64,000 nt of DNA from Acutalibacteraceae bacterium (GTDB taxonomy: Bacteria; Bacillota; Clostridia; Oscillospirales; Acutalibacteraceae): contig JAZUBO010000006.1 of assembly GCA_045638585.1 (NCBI GenBank), positions 7,907-71,906 on the forward strand, in the 5' to 3' direction. The position numbers and the translations under genes are program-made. Positions 55,149 to 63,977 of the stretch are shown piece by piece. Positions within the stretch are counted from its first letter, which is position 1. Each line of letters begins with the position of its first letter. The notes below the pieces were generated by a model. That model did not search any database, had not been told where the DNA came from, and saw only the letters and a program-made list of their open reading frames with translations.

Positions 55149-57398
55149 ATGAAAGAAATAACAAATAAGCCTATACCCAAGCAGTATGAAAATCAGTATC
55201 AACAAATGTTTAAAGAGGGCGAAGCGCTCTTTATTGTCGTTGGTGATTTGAATCTCAACGGTAAGTATGGCGAGTCTATGATGGTTTTTACAAAAGAAAA
55301 GCTTGTGGCATTTGACGAGTGCTATGAAAACGGCTTCCTTTCTGTAAATTATCAGGAAATAGAAAAAGCCGACGTTAAAAGGCTTTACGGTAATGCTGTT
55401 TTTAAAATTAAATTTAAAAACGGTAAGAAAAAGATGCTTTTAAGATTCTCGTATGCGGCTGCTGAGGTTGCAGATGCTGCAGCGGTCTTTGTTAATGCGG
55501 TAAACGAAGGTGCTGATATTGAGAATGAAGCAGAAACTGTAAAATCCGTATATTATAAGCAAAGATGCTTCTGTCCTAAATGCGGAAGAAAGTTGCCAAA
55601 TCCCGAAGCCGAATGTATAAATTGCTCGGGTAAGGGTAAGCTTGTTTCCAAATTTGCAAAATACGTTATACCTGAAAAGAAATCACTTTTAGTTTGTATG
55701 ATTCTTTCAGTGATAGCAACCGCACTTTCTTTAGTGCCACCGTATATCACAAAAATTATGGTGGATAACGTAATTCCCGATAAAGATTCTGCAATGCTTG
55801 TTAAAGTTCTTGCTGCACTTATGGGGATATACGTTCTTCAATATTTAATGAACGGCTTCCGTTCATACAGATTGCGTCTTGCAGGTGACCGAATAACTCT
55901 TAATCTTAAAAAAGATATTTACGAAAAAGCACAGTATCTTCCGTTAAGCTTTTACGATAAAATCTCAACAGGCTCGGTTATTAACAGAGTCAATTCCGAT
56001 GCGGGCGTTATTCAGGCATTTATTATGAAAATAACTCAGGAGGCTGTAGTTCAAGCCTTTACCCTTGTTGGTCTTGTTGTTATTATGTTTGGAATGAGCT
56101 GGAAATTGGCTTTGTTTTCACTTATTCCCGTTCCCGTTGTTGTGATTGCAGGGCGTATGTTCGGTAAAATAATCGGACCTAAATATATGCGATTGTGGAG
56201 ACGAAGTGCTTCAATTTCAACCGTTCTTGCAAACTCAATTCCGGGTGTAAGAGTTATTAAAGCTTTCACAAATGAAAAAGATACAATTTCAAAGTTTGAA
56301 AGATATTGCGACGAATGGTATAAAGAGGATAAAAAGGTTGCTGTTCCTGCGGCAGTTTTTCCGTCACTTATAACCTTCCTCGTAACCTGTGGCTCAATTG
56401 TTATCTGGTTTTTGGGCGGCAGAATGGTTATTGACGGAAACGGTGAAATTTCCTTAGGTCTTCTCGTTTCTTTTGTTTCATATGCAAGTATGTTTTACGG
56501 TCCTGTAAACTTCTTTGCGAATATGAGTGATACATATCAGAATACTTTAGCATCTGCTGAAAAAATACTCGATATTATTGATGCAGAGCCTGAACATAAC
56601 TTTGGTGAGGGTAACAAGCTTGAGAGAATGAAAGGTAAAATCGAATTCAAAAACGTTAACTTTGCATTTGACCGTTCCAAGAAAGTTCTTTCAAATATCA
56701 ACCTTACTATTGAACCGGGTGATATTGTAGGTATCGTTGGTACAACAGGCTCCGGTAAATCAACCTTGATTAACCTGATTATGCGATATTATGACGATTA
56801 CGATGGTGAAATTCTTATTGATGGTGAAAATATCAAAAACGTTGATATGAAGTATTATCGTGATTCCATCGGTTACGTTCAACAAGAGCCTTTGATGTTC
56901 CGCGACACAATTTTCAATAATATTGCTTTCGGTAGCGGTAATGTTCACGTTGAACAGGTTATTCACGCAGCAGAGGTTGCAAATGCTCACGGCTTTATTT
57001 CAAAGCTTCCCGATGCTTACGATACAATGTTAGGTGAAAGGGGCGTGGGTCTTTCAGGCGGTGAACGTCAGCGAGTTTCTATTGCAAGAGCCGTTCTTAA
57101 AAACCCCAGCATACTTATCTTCGATGAAGCTACTGCGGCAGTTGACTCTGAAACAGAGCATCTTATTCAAGGTGCTATTGAACGACTTATAAGTGGCAGA
57201 ACAACCTTAATGATAGCCCACAGACTTTCAACCTTGAGAAAAGCCAATAAAATTGTGGTTGTTGACAAGGGTGAAATCATAGAGTGCGGTACACCTGAAG
57301 AGTTGTTGAAACAAAAAGGTAAATACTATAAGCTTGTAGAAATTCAGTCTATGGGCGAACAGCTTCAGAAGAGAAAAGCTGAAGAGAATTTTGAGTGA
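55149..57398 (+). CDS. ABC exporter (fused permease and ATPase, MsbA/type-IV fold) with an extra ~180-aa N-terminal cytoplasmic module containing a zinc ribbon
   Basis: ATG at 55149 behind AGGGGTG. Six-TM region, then Walker A GTTGSGKST, signature LSGGERQR, Walker B ILIFDEAT. The N-terminal extension ends in CPKCGRKL...CINCSG. Confidence 0.85.
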   Translation: MKEITNKPIPKQYENQYQQMFKEGEALFIVVGDLNLNGKYGESMMVFTKEKLVAFDECYENGFLSVNYQEIEKADVKRLYGNAVFKIKFKNGKKKMLLRFSYAAAEVADAAAVFVNAVNEGADIENEAETVKSVYYKQRCFCPKCGRKLPNPEAECINCSGKGKLVSKFAKYVIPEKKSLLVCMILSVIATALSLVPPYITKIMVDNVIPDKDSAMLVKVLAALMGIYVLQYLMNGFRSYRLRLAGDRITLNLKKDIYEKAQYLPLSFYDKISTGSVINRVNSDAGVIQAFIMKITQEAVVQAFTLVGLVVIMFGMSWKLALFSLIPVPVVVIAGRMFGKIIGPKYMRLWRRSASISTVLANSIPGVRVIKAFTNEKDTISKFERYCDEWYKEDKKVAVPAAVFPSLITFLVTCGSIVIWFLGGRMVIDGNGEISLGLLVSFVSYASMFYGPVNFFANMSDTYQNTLASAEKILDIIDAEPEHNFGEGNKLERMKGKIEFKNVNFAFDRSKKVLSNINLTIEPGDIVGIVGTTGSGKSTLINLIMRYYDDYDGEILIDGENIKNVDMKYYRDSIGYVQQEPLMFRDTIFNNIAFGSGNVHVEQVIHAAEVANAHGFISKLPDAYDTMLGERGVGLSGGERQRVSIARAVLKNPSILIFDEATAAVDSETEHLIQGAIERLISGRTTLMIAHRLSTLRKANKIVVVDKGEIIECGTPEELLKQKGKYYKLVEIQSMGEQLQKRKAEENFE

Positions 57399-57408
57399 GG
57401 TGAGTTGA

Positions 57409-57894
57409 ATGCCCAGATATATTGAGGGTTCTGAAATCAGACTAACAGAAAATGATAAAATTTTCGTTGATGCAGAATTTTATACAGGGGAAAAATTCAC
57501 CGAGCTTGAGCTTCACAGAATGTTTCCCATAACAGGGCTTAATAAATATATTGCTCTTTTGGATTCAGAGGGTAACGAAATTGGTGTTATCCGTAACATT
57601 GATGACCTTATGCCCGAATCAAAAGCAGTGGTTGAAAACTGCCTTAAAGAGTATTATATGATGCCAAGAATCACAAAGTTTATTAAAATGAGTGAAAGGT
57701 TTAAAATATGGATGTGGACGGCAGAAACCGATAAAGGTATATGCACCTTTGAAATCCGCAACCATCTTACAGCAATTAAACCACTTTATGATGGCAGAGT
57801 GCTGATTAAAGATGCAAACGACAACCGTTATGAAATACCTGACGTTAGTAAACTTGATAAAAAGAGTCTTAAAATGATATTACCTAAACTTTGA
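57409..57894 (+). CDS. Small cytoplasmic protein coupled to the ABC exporter (DUF1854-like, by recollection)
   Basis: 161 aa, starting 10 nt after the ABC stop behind GAGGTGAG. The family name comes from my memory of ABC-associated DUF1854 proteins and is not verified. Confidence 0.55.
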   Translation: MPRYIEGSEIRLTENDKIFVDAEFYTGEKFTELELHRMFPITGLNKYIALLDSEGNEIGVIRNIDDLMPESKAVVENCLKEYYMMPRITKFIKMSERFKIWMWTAETDKGICTFEIRNHLTAIKPLYDGRVLIKDANDNRYEIPDVSKLDKKSLKMILPKL

Positions 57895-57913
57895 TAACTG
57901 AAAGGAAATAATT

Positions 57914-58240
57914 ATGAAACTTTTAATAGCAATTGTTAATAATGATGATAGTGCAGTTGTTTCTTCATCACTTACAAAAGAGGGCTTTACAGTAACAAAG
58001 CTTTCAACAACAGGCGGATTTTTAATGGTTGGTAACACAACCTTTCTTATCGGTGCTGAAGATGATACCGTAGCAAAAGCTAAAGCAATAATCAAAGAGT
58101 ATTCACAGAAAAGAACAAAGACTACTACCTCAACAAGTGGTTTTGGTACAGGTCTTCGTGAAGACGATTTTGCAAAAGAGGTTGCAATTGGCGGTGCAAT
58201 CGTTTTCACTCTTGATGTTGAAGACGTGGATAAATATTAA
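57914..58240 (+). CDS. darA: PII-like cyclic-di-AMP receptor (DarA/PstA, YaaQ family)
   Basis: 108 aa. MKLLIAIVNNDDS..V...L...GF.VTKLSTTGGFL..GNTTF.IG.ED is almost collinear with B. subtilis YaaQ as I recall it. Confidence 0.85.
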   Translation: MKLLIAIVNNDDSAVVSSSLTKEGFTVTKLSTTGGFLMVGNTTFLIGAEDDTVAKAKAIIKEYSQKRTKTTTSTSGFGTGLREDDFAKEVAIGGAIVFTLDVEDVDKY

Positions 58241-58313
58241 TAAAACCTAAAAAAGATTTGTTTTAGATTTTTTTAAAACTCAAACACCTGTCCTTGTCAA
58301 AAAAGGGTAGGTT

Positions 58314-58597
58314 AGGGAGTGTAAATTAGGGATTTAATAGCCTTAAATCATTAACTTTGGCGCATAGCTTTGTTAAAATGTGAGGGAACCCGTCAGGGTT
58401 CCCTCACATTTGTGCCTTGCTCTGCATCCAAATTTAAAAGATTTAAGGTGCAAAGCAGTTTAAATTTGAATAGTTTCCGTTCAGACGAAATGAGAATACA
58501 CCGTAAGGCTGGCGCCTACGGTGTGTTATCATAAAGTATTAACGGAAAATATTAAATTTAAACCTAATAAATCCCTAAATTACGCTCCCTTTTTTTA
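58314..58597 (+). other. Unclassified ~280-nt nested-palindrome element (candidate structured RNA or MITE-like relic)
   Basis: 58314-58340 pairs with 58564-58590 (27 positions, 2 mismatches). The two internal rod hairpins are 58341-58448 and 58459-58562. The element ends in T7. Details are in the findings. Confidence 0.6.
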
Positions 58598-58610
58598 GTC
58601 CTTTTGCTAA

Positions 58611-58639
58611 TTGTTATATAAAAATATATATGTTAAAAT
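58611..58639 (+). promoter_or_regulatory. Sigma-A-type promoter for the downstream transporter gene
   Basis: TTGTTA (58611-58616), 17-nt spacer ending in TGT (extended -10), TAAAAT (58634-58639). Confidence 0.5.
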
Positions 58640-58671
58640 TAAAGAAATGATTTAAGGAGGTAATGCGCTTT

Positions 58672-60441
58672 ATGGCAAATGAAGGTAAAACTTCGGTAAT
58701 TGATAAGGCTAAAGACCTGTTTGTTGATTTTAAAGAGCATTGGAATACCCCTGCAGAGGGTAACTATGTTCCTTATAAGGAATATAAAGACGTTGTTATC
58801 GGTGTCGGTGCAAACTATACAGGCTCAAAAACGCTTGAATATATCGGCTTCTGGTCAAGCTGTTTCCTTATTATGCACCACTACAAATTGCCCTATCTTA
58901 CATTCTCGGTTATTGGTCTTTTAAATATGCCCTTGGGTTATATTTCCGCACTTATCTGGTGGTATGTGTGTGATAACCTTGGCTTCTTACCTAAAAAGAC
59001 AGAAAGAAAGGTTTATCTTGTTTACGGTCTTATGATGGGCTTCGGTATTTCAACGTTACTGTTTGACTATTCGAGGCTGTTTGACCAATCTGGTGCATTT
59101 ATTACGATGCTTAACAGCTTTGAGGGTATGAATGCCACCGCCTGTTTCAAGACCTTTGGTACACATTTTCTATATACAGGTTGGGTTGGTGCACGTAATA
59201 TTTTCTGGCGTAAAAAGCTTTTGCCAAAATACGGCAGATATAAATATAGCCTTTATTGTGACGTTATCCCGAAGTGCATAATGGTTATACTTATCGGTTG
59301 GCTTCCCGTCTATAATATCGCTGACGTTGCAACACGTGTGTGGGTTGCAAACCTTTTATTTGCTACATATAACGTGTTTGGCTTCGGTAATGTGCTTGAG
59401 GAATGCTCAAAGAGAATAAGCCCGAATCTTCAGGAAAGAATCCTTATACGTAGTTACCCTGTTAAGCTTTCACACATTTTCAACTCTATTCTTGCAATTA
59501 TTCTTCCGGCAATTGTCGGTTCACTCCGTTATGAATGGGCTGATATCAATTTCTACAGATGGGTTATCCCTGTGACCTTCTGCATTTCTGCAGCATTCAC
59601 AATGGGTCTTGCAGGAAGAATTAAAGAAAGAATTCCTCAACCACCTATTGAGAAAAAGGTGCAGATTAAATTCTGGGACGGTATGCTTGGTGTTCTCAAA
59701 AATAAATACTTGCTTATAAACACGGTTGTAGGTCTTATTGACTCTCTGGGTAACGGTATGTTGCCGTTTGCTACTATTCTTTACTTCTACACATTCCGTT
59801 TAAGCGGTCTTCCTTATTCGTTGTTGGTAGCCCTTATTTCTTTTGCAGGTACACCGCCCGATTTATTATCGCCTTATTTCCTCAAGAGATTTTCTTACAA
59901 GCAGATTATGATTTTCTATCAGATGAGCCGTGCAATCGGTAACGTTATTATTGCCGTTGCAATGTGGACTCTCGGTGATAATCTTGCCCTTTGCGGTACA
60001 ATCTGCGTTGTTGTGTTGTTCTTCATGGAAATGACAAAGACCGTTCCCACAACAGCAGGTCACGATATGGGTGTGCGTATAAACGACTATCAGATGTACC
60101 TTTCAGGTGAGCGTCTTGAGAGCTTTGCGGGTATATTCGGCTGGTTTACGGACCCTATAAAAAACTTTGTAGGTCTAATTATCCCTATATTCCTTTTGAA
60201 ATACGGCTTTAACAGTAACTGGGAAATTCTATTCTTTGACGGTTCAAGAAGAAACATAGTTGTTGTTCCCATTATTGTTGATGCAATCGGTTTCTTCCTT
60301 ATGACGATTCCGTATCTTTTCTGGGATTACGACAACAAGAAACAGAATCTTGTTATGGAAGTTCTTAAACGACGTGCCGAGGTTACGGAAAAGAAAGCTC
60401 AAGAAGAGGGCGCTTCTGTATCAGGCGGCTATAAAGGTTGA
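58672..60441 (+). CDS. Polytopic membrane transporter, GPH/MFS-like (glycoside-pentoside-hexuronide:cation symporter-like)
   Basis: The ATG at 58672, 8-9 nt after GGAGGT, is preferred over 58663. About 12-14 hydrophobic helices. The loop motif NDYQMYLSGERLES resembles the GPH DYGE..TG.R loop. Family assignment is tentative. Confidence 0.55.
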   Translation: MANEGKTSVIDKAKDLFVDFKEHWNTPAEGNYVPYKEYKDVVIGVGANYTGSKTLEYIGFWSSCFLIMHHYKLPYLTFSVIGLLNMPLGYISALIWWYVCDNLGFLPKKTERKVYLVYGLMMGFGISTLLFDYSRLFDQSGAFITMLNSFEGMNATACFKTFGTHFLYTGWVGARNIFWRKKLLPKYGRYKYSLYCDVIPKCIMVILIGWLPVYNIADVATRVWVANLLFATYNVFGFGNVLEECSKRISPNLQERILIRSYPVKLSHIFNSILAIILPAIVGSLRYEWADINFYRWVIPVTFCISAAFTMGLAGRIKERIPQPPIEKKVQIKFWDGMLGVLKNKYLLINTVVGLIDSLGNGMLPFATILYFYTFRLSGLPYSLLVALISFAGTPPDLLSPYFLKRFSYKQIMIFYQMSRAIGNVIIAVAMWTLGDNLALCGTICVVVLFFMEMTKTVPTTAGHDMGVRINDYQMYLSGERLESFAGIFGWFTDPIKNFVGLIIPIFLLKYGFNSNWEILFFDGSRRNIVVVPIIVDAIGFFLMTIPYLFWDYDNKKQNLVMEVLKRRAEVTEKKAQEEGASVSGGYKG

Positions 60442-60456
60442 TAGGAGGGGAGTCTA

Positions 60457-61674
60457 ATGAGTAAAAAAGAAAAGAAAAAAGTTAATGATTGGCAGAACGA
60501 TGTTCAGCTTGATATTCCCGAAGACGAAATATGGACTTATCAGGTTCCCGGTCTTGCAGCACCTCATATCAACAAGCCTTATAAATACTATAATTTTAAA
60601 AAAGCCATTTTCGTTATAGTTATTATCATAGCCGTTTCACTTTCAATGTATTTCAGTGTTATGGCTTTACAGAACGATACCTTCCAGTATACTGAAACTG
60701 AAAACGGAATTGAGTTTTCAAAGTTCAGTAACACAGGTTATCTTTATGAGCTCGATATTGATTACGTTTCTGATATTGAGTATATTGCCGGTAATAACGA
60801 CCCTAACACAAACTTTAAGGTTGTTAAGGATACAACAAAGCCCATTACTTCCGTAAGACAGTTTACTCTTAACTGCGACGATAAAATCAAAACTATAAGA
60901 ATAGGTGCAGATGTTGAATTTGTAGATACAAAAGCATTCTATTCTTGCTGGGATTTACAGAATATTGAGGTTGATGAAAATAACCCCAATTACTGCGACG
61001 TTGACGGCGTTCTTTATAATAAAGATAAAACAGCAGTTCTTTGCTATCCTTGTGATCACGATGAGTATTTAAGACAGAAATACGGTTACGAAAGAGAGCT
61101 TTATAAGGATGAAGTTACACCCGAATATGAAAAAGATATTCAGACCTACGTTGTTCCCTCAACAGTTGTGAAGATTGATGAAATGTGCTTCAACTATGCA
61201 AATCTTCGTGTGATTTACTTACCTGAAGGTCTTGAAACTATTGAAACCTTGGCAATTTTCAAGCTTCACGAAAGAGTTGACCAATGGGGTACAACACCCT
61301 CACTTGCAAAGATTTATTCTTATGTAGCAGATGACGTAACTGATACCCATTTCACAACTCAAAAGGCTTTAGGTACTGTTTATAATTCATTACCTGAGGG
61401 CTTAAAGTTTATCGGCTCTGATGCTTTTAGCTATAATCAGGCTTTAGAGTACGTTTATATTCCCGAATCTGTAACATACATAGGTCATCACGCTTTCTGG
61501 GATACCTGCTACAAAGAGGATGGCGAGTTAAAGGGCGTTACAGTAATGAATGTTGCCGTTACCGAAGAAGATTTCAATGGGTTGGAAATCGGTGACGATT
61601 GGCGTCCTAAATACGATTGGCTCTTGTTTAAAAAAGCAGTAGACGTTAATTTCTCTGCTGAAAGAATTCAATAA
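60457..61674 (+). CDS. Membrane-anchored BspA-type leucine-rich-repeat protein
   Basis: 405 aa. N-terminal TM (AIFVIVIIIAVSLSMYFSVMAL). Repeated I.IG..V..I...AF..C..L..I motifs of the same type as in the 233-3781 protease. Confidence 0.7.
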   Translation: MSKKEKKKVNDWQNDVQLDIPEDEIWTYQVPGLAAPHINKPYKYYNFKKAIFVIVIIIAVSLSMYFSVMALQNDTFQYTETENGIEFSKFSNTGYLYELDIDYVSDIEYIAGNNDPNTNFKVVKDTTKPITSVRQFTLNCDDKIKTIRIGADVEFVDTKAFYSCWDLQNIEVDENNPNYCDVDGVLYNKDKTAVLCYPCDHDEYLRQKYGYERELYKDEVTPEYEKDIQTYVVPSTVVKIDEMCFNYANLRVIYLPEGLETIETLAIFKLHERVDQWGTTPSLAKIYSYVADDVTDTHFTTQKALGTVYNSLPEGLKFIGSDAFSYNQALEYVYIPESVTYIGHHAFWDTCYKEDGELKGVTVMNVAVTEEDFNGLEIGDDWRPKYDWLLFKKAVDVNFSAERIQ

Positions 61675-61683
61675 ACAAAAATA

Positions 61684-61719
61684 AAACTGTCAACTGATTT
61701 TTCGTTCAGTTGACAGTTT
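61684..61719. terminator. Bidirectional terminator between convergent genes
   Basis: AAACTGTCAACTGA - 8 nt loop - TCAGTTGACAGTTT. Confidence 0.8.
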
Positions 61720-61724
61720 GCTTT

Positions 61725-62177
61725 TTATTCTGAAAAATAGTGCTTGTCCAGAATTTCTGCGGCAGTTATAACAAATCTTACACAAGGTCTTGCTTTGTAA
61801 TATTCTTCTGTTCTAGGTGAAGAAACGGGTGAGGTAGAGTTACCTAACGTGCCTAATAGCTCTTTGCAAATATATGTTGAATGTGTGTCTTTAAATTCAT
61901 TTGCTAACTGTTGAATAAGCTTGTAGTGGTTATCTTTATCTTCTTTTGTATCGGTGTCTGAGTAGCCTGAAAGAAGCCCTGCAACCATAAACATTCCCGT
62001 TACCGCACCGCAAACCTCTCTGAGTCTTCCCATGCCACCACCGAAAGACGATGAAAGCTTTAATGCAGTATTAAAGTCAATACCGCAGTCCTCCGCGAAT
62101 GCGCCGAACACTGCCTGAGAGCAGTTACAGCCGTTGCAGAATAATTCTGCCGCTTTTTCTGAATGATTTTTAACCAT
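61725..62177 (-). CDS. C_GCAxxG_C_C-family (putative redox-active) protein
   Basis: ATG at 62177 behind AGAGG (MVKNHSEKAAELFCNGCNCSQAVFGAF...). The signature is C.GCNCSQAV plus later conserved Cys residues (ICKE, RPC). Confidence 0.75.
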   Translation of the reverse strand: MVKNHSEKAAELFCNGCNCSQAVFGAFAEDCGIDFNTALKLSSSFGGGMGRLREVCGAVTGMFMVAGLLSGYSDTDTKEDKDNHYKLIQQLANEFKDTHSTYICKELLGTLGNSTSPVSSPRTEEYYKARPCVRFVITAAEILDKHYFSE

Positions 62178-62345
62178 ATCGTAAACCTCTTTTAAATTTC
62201 TCTGTTGTAAGTATATCACAACTTTTAAAATCTTCAACAATTTGAAAACAATTTTTAAAGCTTTTCCAATATTTATAATGTGTTATTGAATATTTGCCGC
62301 TATTGTGGTATATTGTTAATATTAAGTAATCGAAAGGTAAAGTTT

Positions 62346-63293
62346 ATGAAATTATCACTTGTTGCCCCTTGCTACAATGAAGAAGCAAACGTAAAGCGTT
62401 TTTTTGATGCGGTTAAAAGTGCTTTCGACGGTAAAGTTTCCGATTACGAAATTGTTTTCGTAAATGACGGTAGTAAAGACGGTACTTATAAAGAACTTAA
62501 GAAGCTTTATGATGAAAATAAAAGCAACAATAATATTCAGGTGTTATCATTCAGCCGTAATTTCGGTAAAGAGTCTGCTATTTATGCAGGTCTTTCAAAT
62601 GCTAAAGGTGACTACGTTTGCATAATTGATGCCGATTTACAGCAACGCCCCGAGGTTGTTTTAGAAATGCTTGAGAAAATCAATTCTGATGACGATATTG
62701 ATTGCGTTGCCGCATATCAGGAAAACAGAAAAGAAAGTAAAGCAATGTCAGGTGTGAAATCCGGCTTCTATAAGCTTATAAATAAAATTGCAGATGTTGA
62801 TTTTGTAAACGGTGCTTCCGATTTCAGATTGATGAAGCGTTCAATGGTTGAGGCAATTATTGAAATGAGTGAGTACCACCGTTTTTCAAAGGGTATTTTC
62901 AGTTGGGTCGGTTTTAATACCGCCTATATCCCTTATACCGTTGAAAAGCGCGAATTCGGTGAAACAAAATGGACTGTCGGTAAATTATTTAAGTACGCAA
63001 TAGACGGTATAATTTCGTTTTCAACATTCCCGTTAAAACTTGCAACCGGTGTAGGTCTTGTAACTTCGGTTATATCGGTTTTATATCTCGTTTTTGTTAT
63101 TCTTCAGAAGCTTATCGCAGGTATTGATGTGCCCGGTTACGCAACTATTGTTGTTCTTGTGTTGTTCTTGGGTGGTATGCAGCTTTTTTGCCTCGGTATT
63201 TTGGGCGAATACCTTTCAAAAATTTACGTTCAGGTTAAAAACAGACCTATATATATTTTAAAGGAGCATTTAGGTAAGAATGACGAAGATTAA
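62346..63293 (+). CDS. Family-2 glycosyltransferase, GtrB/polyprenyl-phosphate glycosyltransferase-like, with 2 C-terminal TM helices
   Basis: ATG at 62346 (MKLSLVAPCYNEE). VNDGSKDGT, IDADLQ (DxD), RGF-like region, two C-terminal hydrophobic helices. Confidence 0.85.
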   Translation: MKLSLVAPCYNEEANVKRFFDAVKSAFDGKVSDYEIVFVNDGSKDGTYKELKKLYDENKSNNNIQVLSFSRNFGKESAIYAGLSNAKGDYVCIIDADLQQRPEVVLEMLEKINSDDDIDCVAAYQENRKESKAMSGVKSGFYKLINKIADVDFVNGASDFRLMKRSMVEAIIEMSEYHRFSKGIFSWVGFNTAYIPYTVEKREFGETKWTVGKLFKYAIDGIISFSTFPLKLATGVGLVTSVISVLYLVFVILQKLIAGIDVPGYATIVVLVLFLGGMQLFCLGILGEYLSKIYVQVKNRPIYILKEHLGKNDED

Positions 63294-63744
63294 AGAGCTT
63301 TTATTAAAATATAAAGAACTTATAGTTTATTTGATTTTCGGTCTTCTTACAACCGTTTTGAACCTGTTTACCTTTTGGCTTTTTACAAAGCTTTTAGGTG
63401 AGGAGCTTTACCTTTTAAATAATGCAATAGCTTGGGTTGTAGCCGTTGTCTTTGCGTTTGTTACAAATAAATTATTCGTTTTTGAATCAAAATCATGGGC
63501 GGTTAAAATCGCAGGAAAAGAGTTTTTGGAGTTTATCGGTGCAAGGCTTTTCAGCTTCGGTATCGAAGAGGGCGGAATGTGGCTTCTTGTTGATGCTTTA
63601 GCCTTTGGTGAAAAAGAGTTTAACGTTTTCAGCATATCAATATCAGGTCAGGTTATCGCAAAAATCATAGTTGGAATTATCGTTGTAATTATAAACTACT
63701 TTTTCAGTAAGTTCTTGATATTTAAAAACAAAAGCAAAAAGTAA
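63280..63744 (+). CDS. GtrA-family membrane protein
   Basis: 154 aa with four hydrophobic helices. Overlaps the GT2 gene by 14 nt. Typical GT2-GtrA pairing. Confidence 0.8.
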   Translation: MTKIKELLLKYKELIVYLIFGLLTTVLNLFTFWLFTKLLGEELYLLNNAIAWVVAVVFAFVTNKLFVFESKSWAVKIAGKEFLEFIGARLFSFGIEEGGMWLLVDALAFGEKEFNVFSISISGQVIAKIIVGIIVVIINYFFSKFLIFKNKSKK

Positions 63745-63789
63745 TTCAATAATCAAAAAGTAAATAAACTTAATAAGAAAACTACACAC

Positions 63790-63819
63790 AAGGCAACGGA
63801 GAAACGTCTCTGTTGCCTT
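63790..63819 (+). terminator. 13-bp hairpin after the GtrA gene with no clear U-tract
   Basis: AAGGCAACGGAGA - AACG - TCTCTGTTGCCTT. It overlaps the -35 of the tRNA promoter. Confidence 0.35.
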
Positions 63820-63845
63820 GACAAAATCTTGTAATTTGATATAAT
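63818..63845 (+). promoter_or_regulatory. Sigma-A-type promoter of tRNA-Arg
   Basis: TTGACA (63818-63823), 16-nt spacer ending in TGA (extended -10), TATAAT (63840-63845), 17 nt upstream of the tRNA. Confidence 0.65.
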
Positions 63846-63862
63846 ACCAAAGAAATAAATAT

Positions 63863-63937
63863 GCCCGCATAGTTCAATGGATAGAATAAATCCCTCCTAA
63901 GGATTAGATATAGGTTCGATTCCTATTGCGGGTGCCA
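63863..63937 (+). tRNA. tRNA-Arg (anticodon CCU), CCA encoded
   Basis: Cloverleaf: GCCCGCA / TA / GTTC-AATGGATA-GAAT / A / AATCC-CTCCTAA-GGATT / AGAT / ATAGG-TTCGATT-CCTAT / TGCGGGT / G / CCA. Confidence 0.88.
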
Positions 63938-63977
63938 GAAAACAGTCTTTTTGTCATTTGACAAAAAGACTGTTTTC
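63938..63977 (+). terminator. Long perfect hairpin immediately after tRNA-Arg
   Basis: GAAAACAGTCTTTTTGTCA - TT - TGACAAAAAGACTGTTTTC. Confidence 0.5.

Noticed and set aside
57880-58209. 109-aa ORF antisense to darA
   Set aside because: darA on the + strand matches the YaaQ/DarA family almost residue for residue. The antisense frame has no RBS and no recognisable features.
58314-58597. Retron msr/msd interpretation of the nested-palindrome element
   Set aside because: The a1/a2-like closing repeat plus internal hairpins look superficially similar. However, no reverse-transcriptase gene is adjacent or anywhere in the window; the neighbours are darA and a transporter. The idea is kept only as a remote alternative in the finding.
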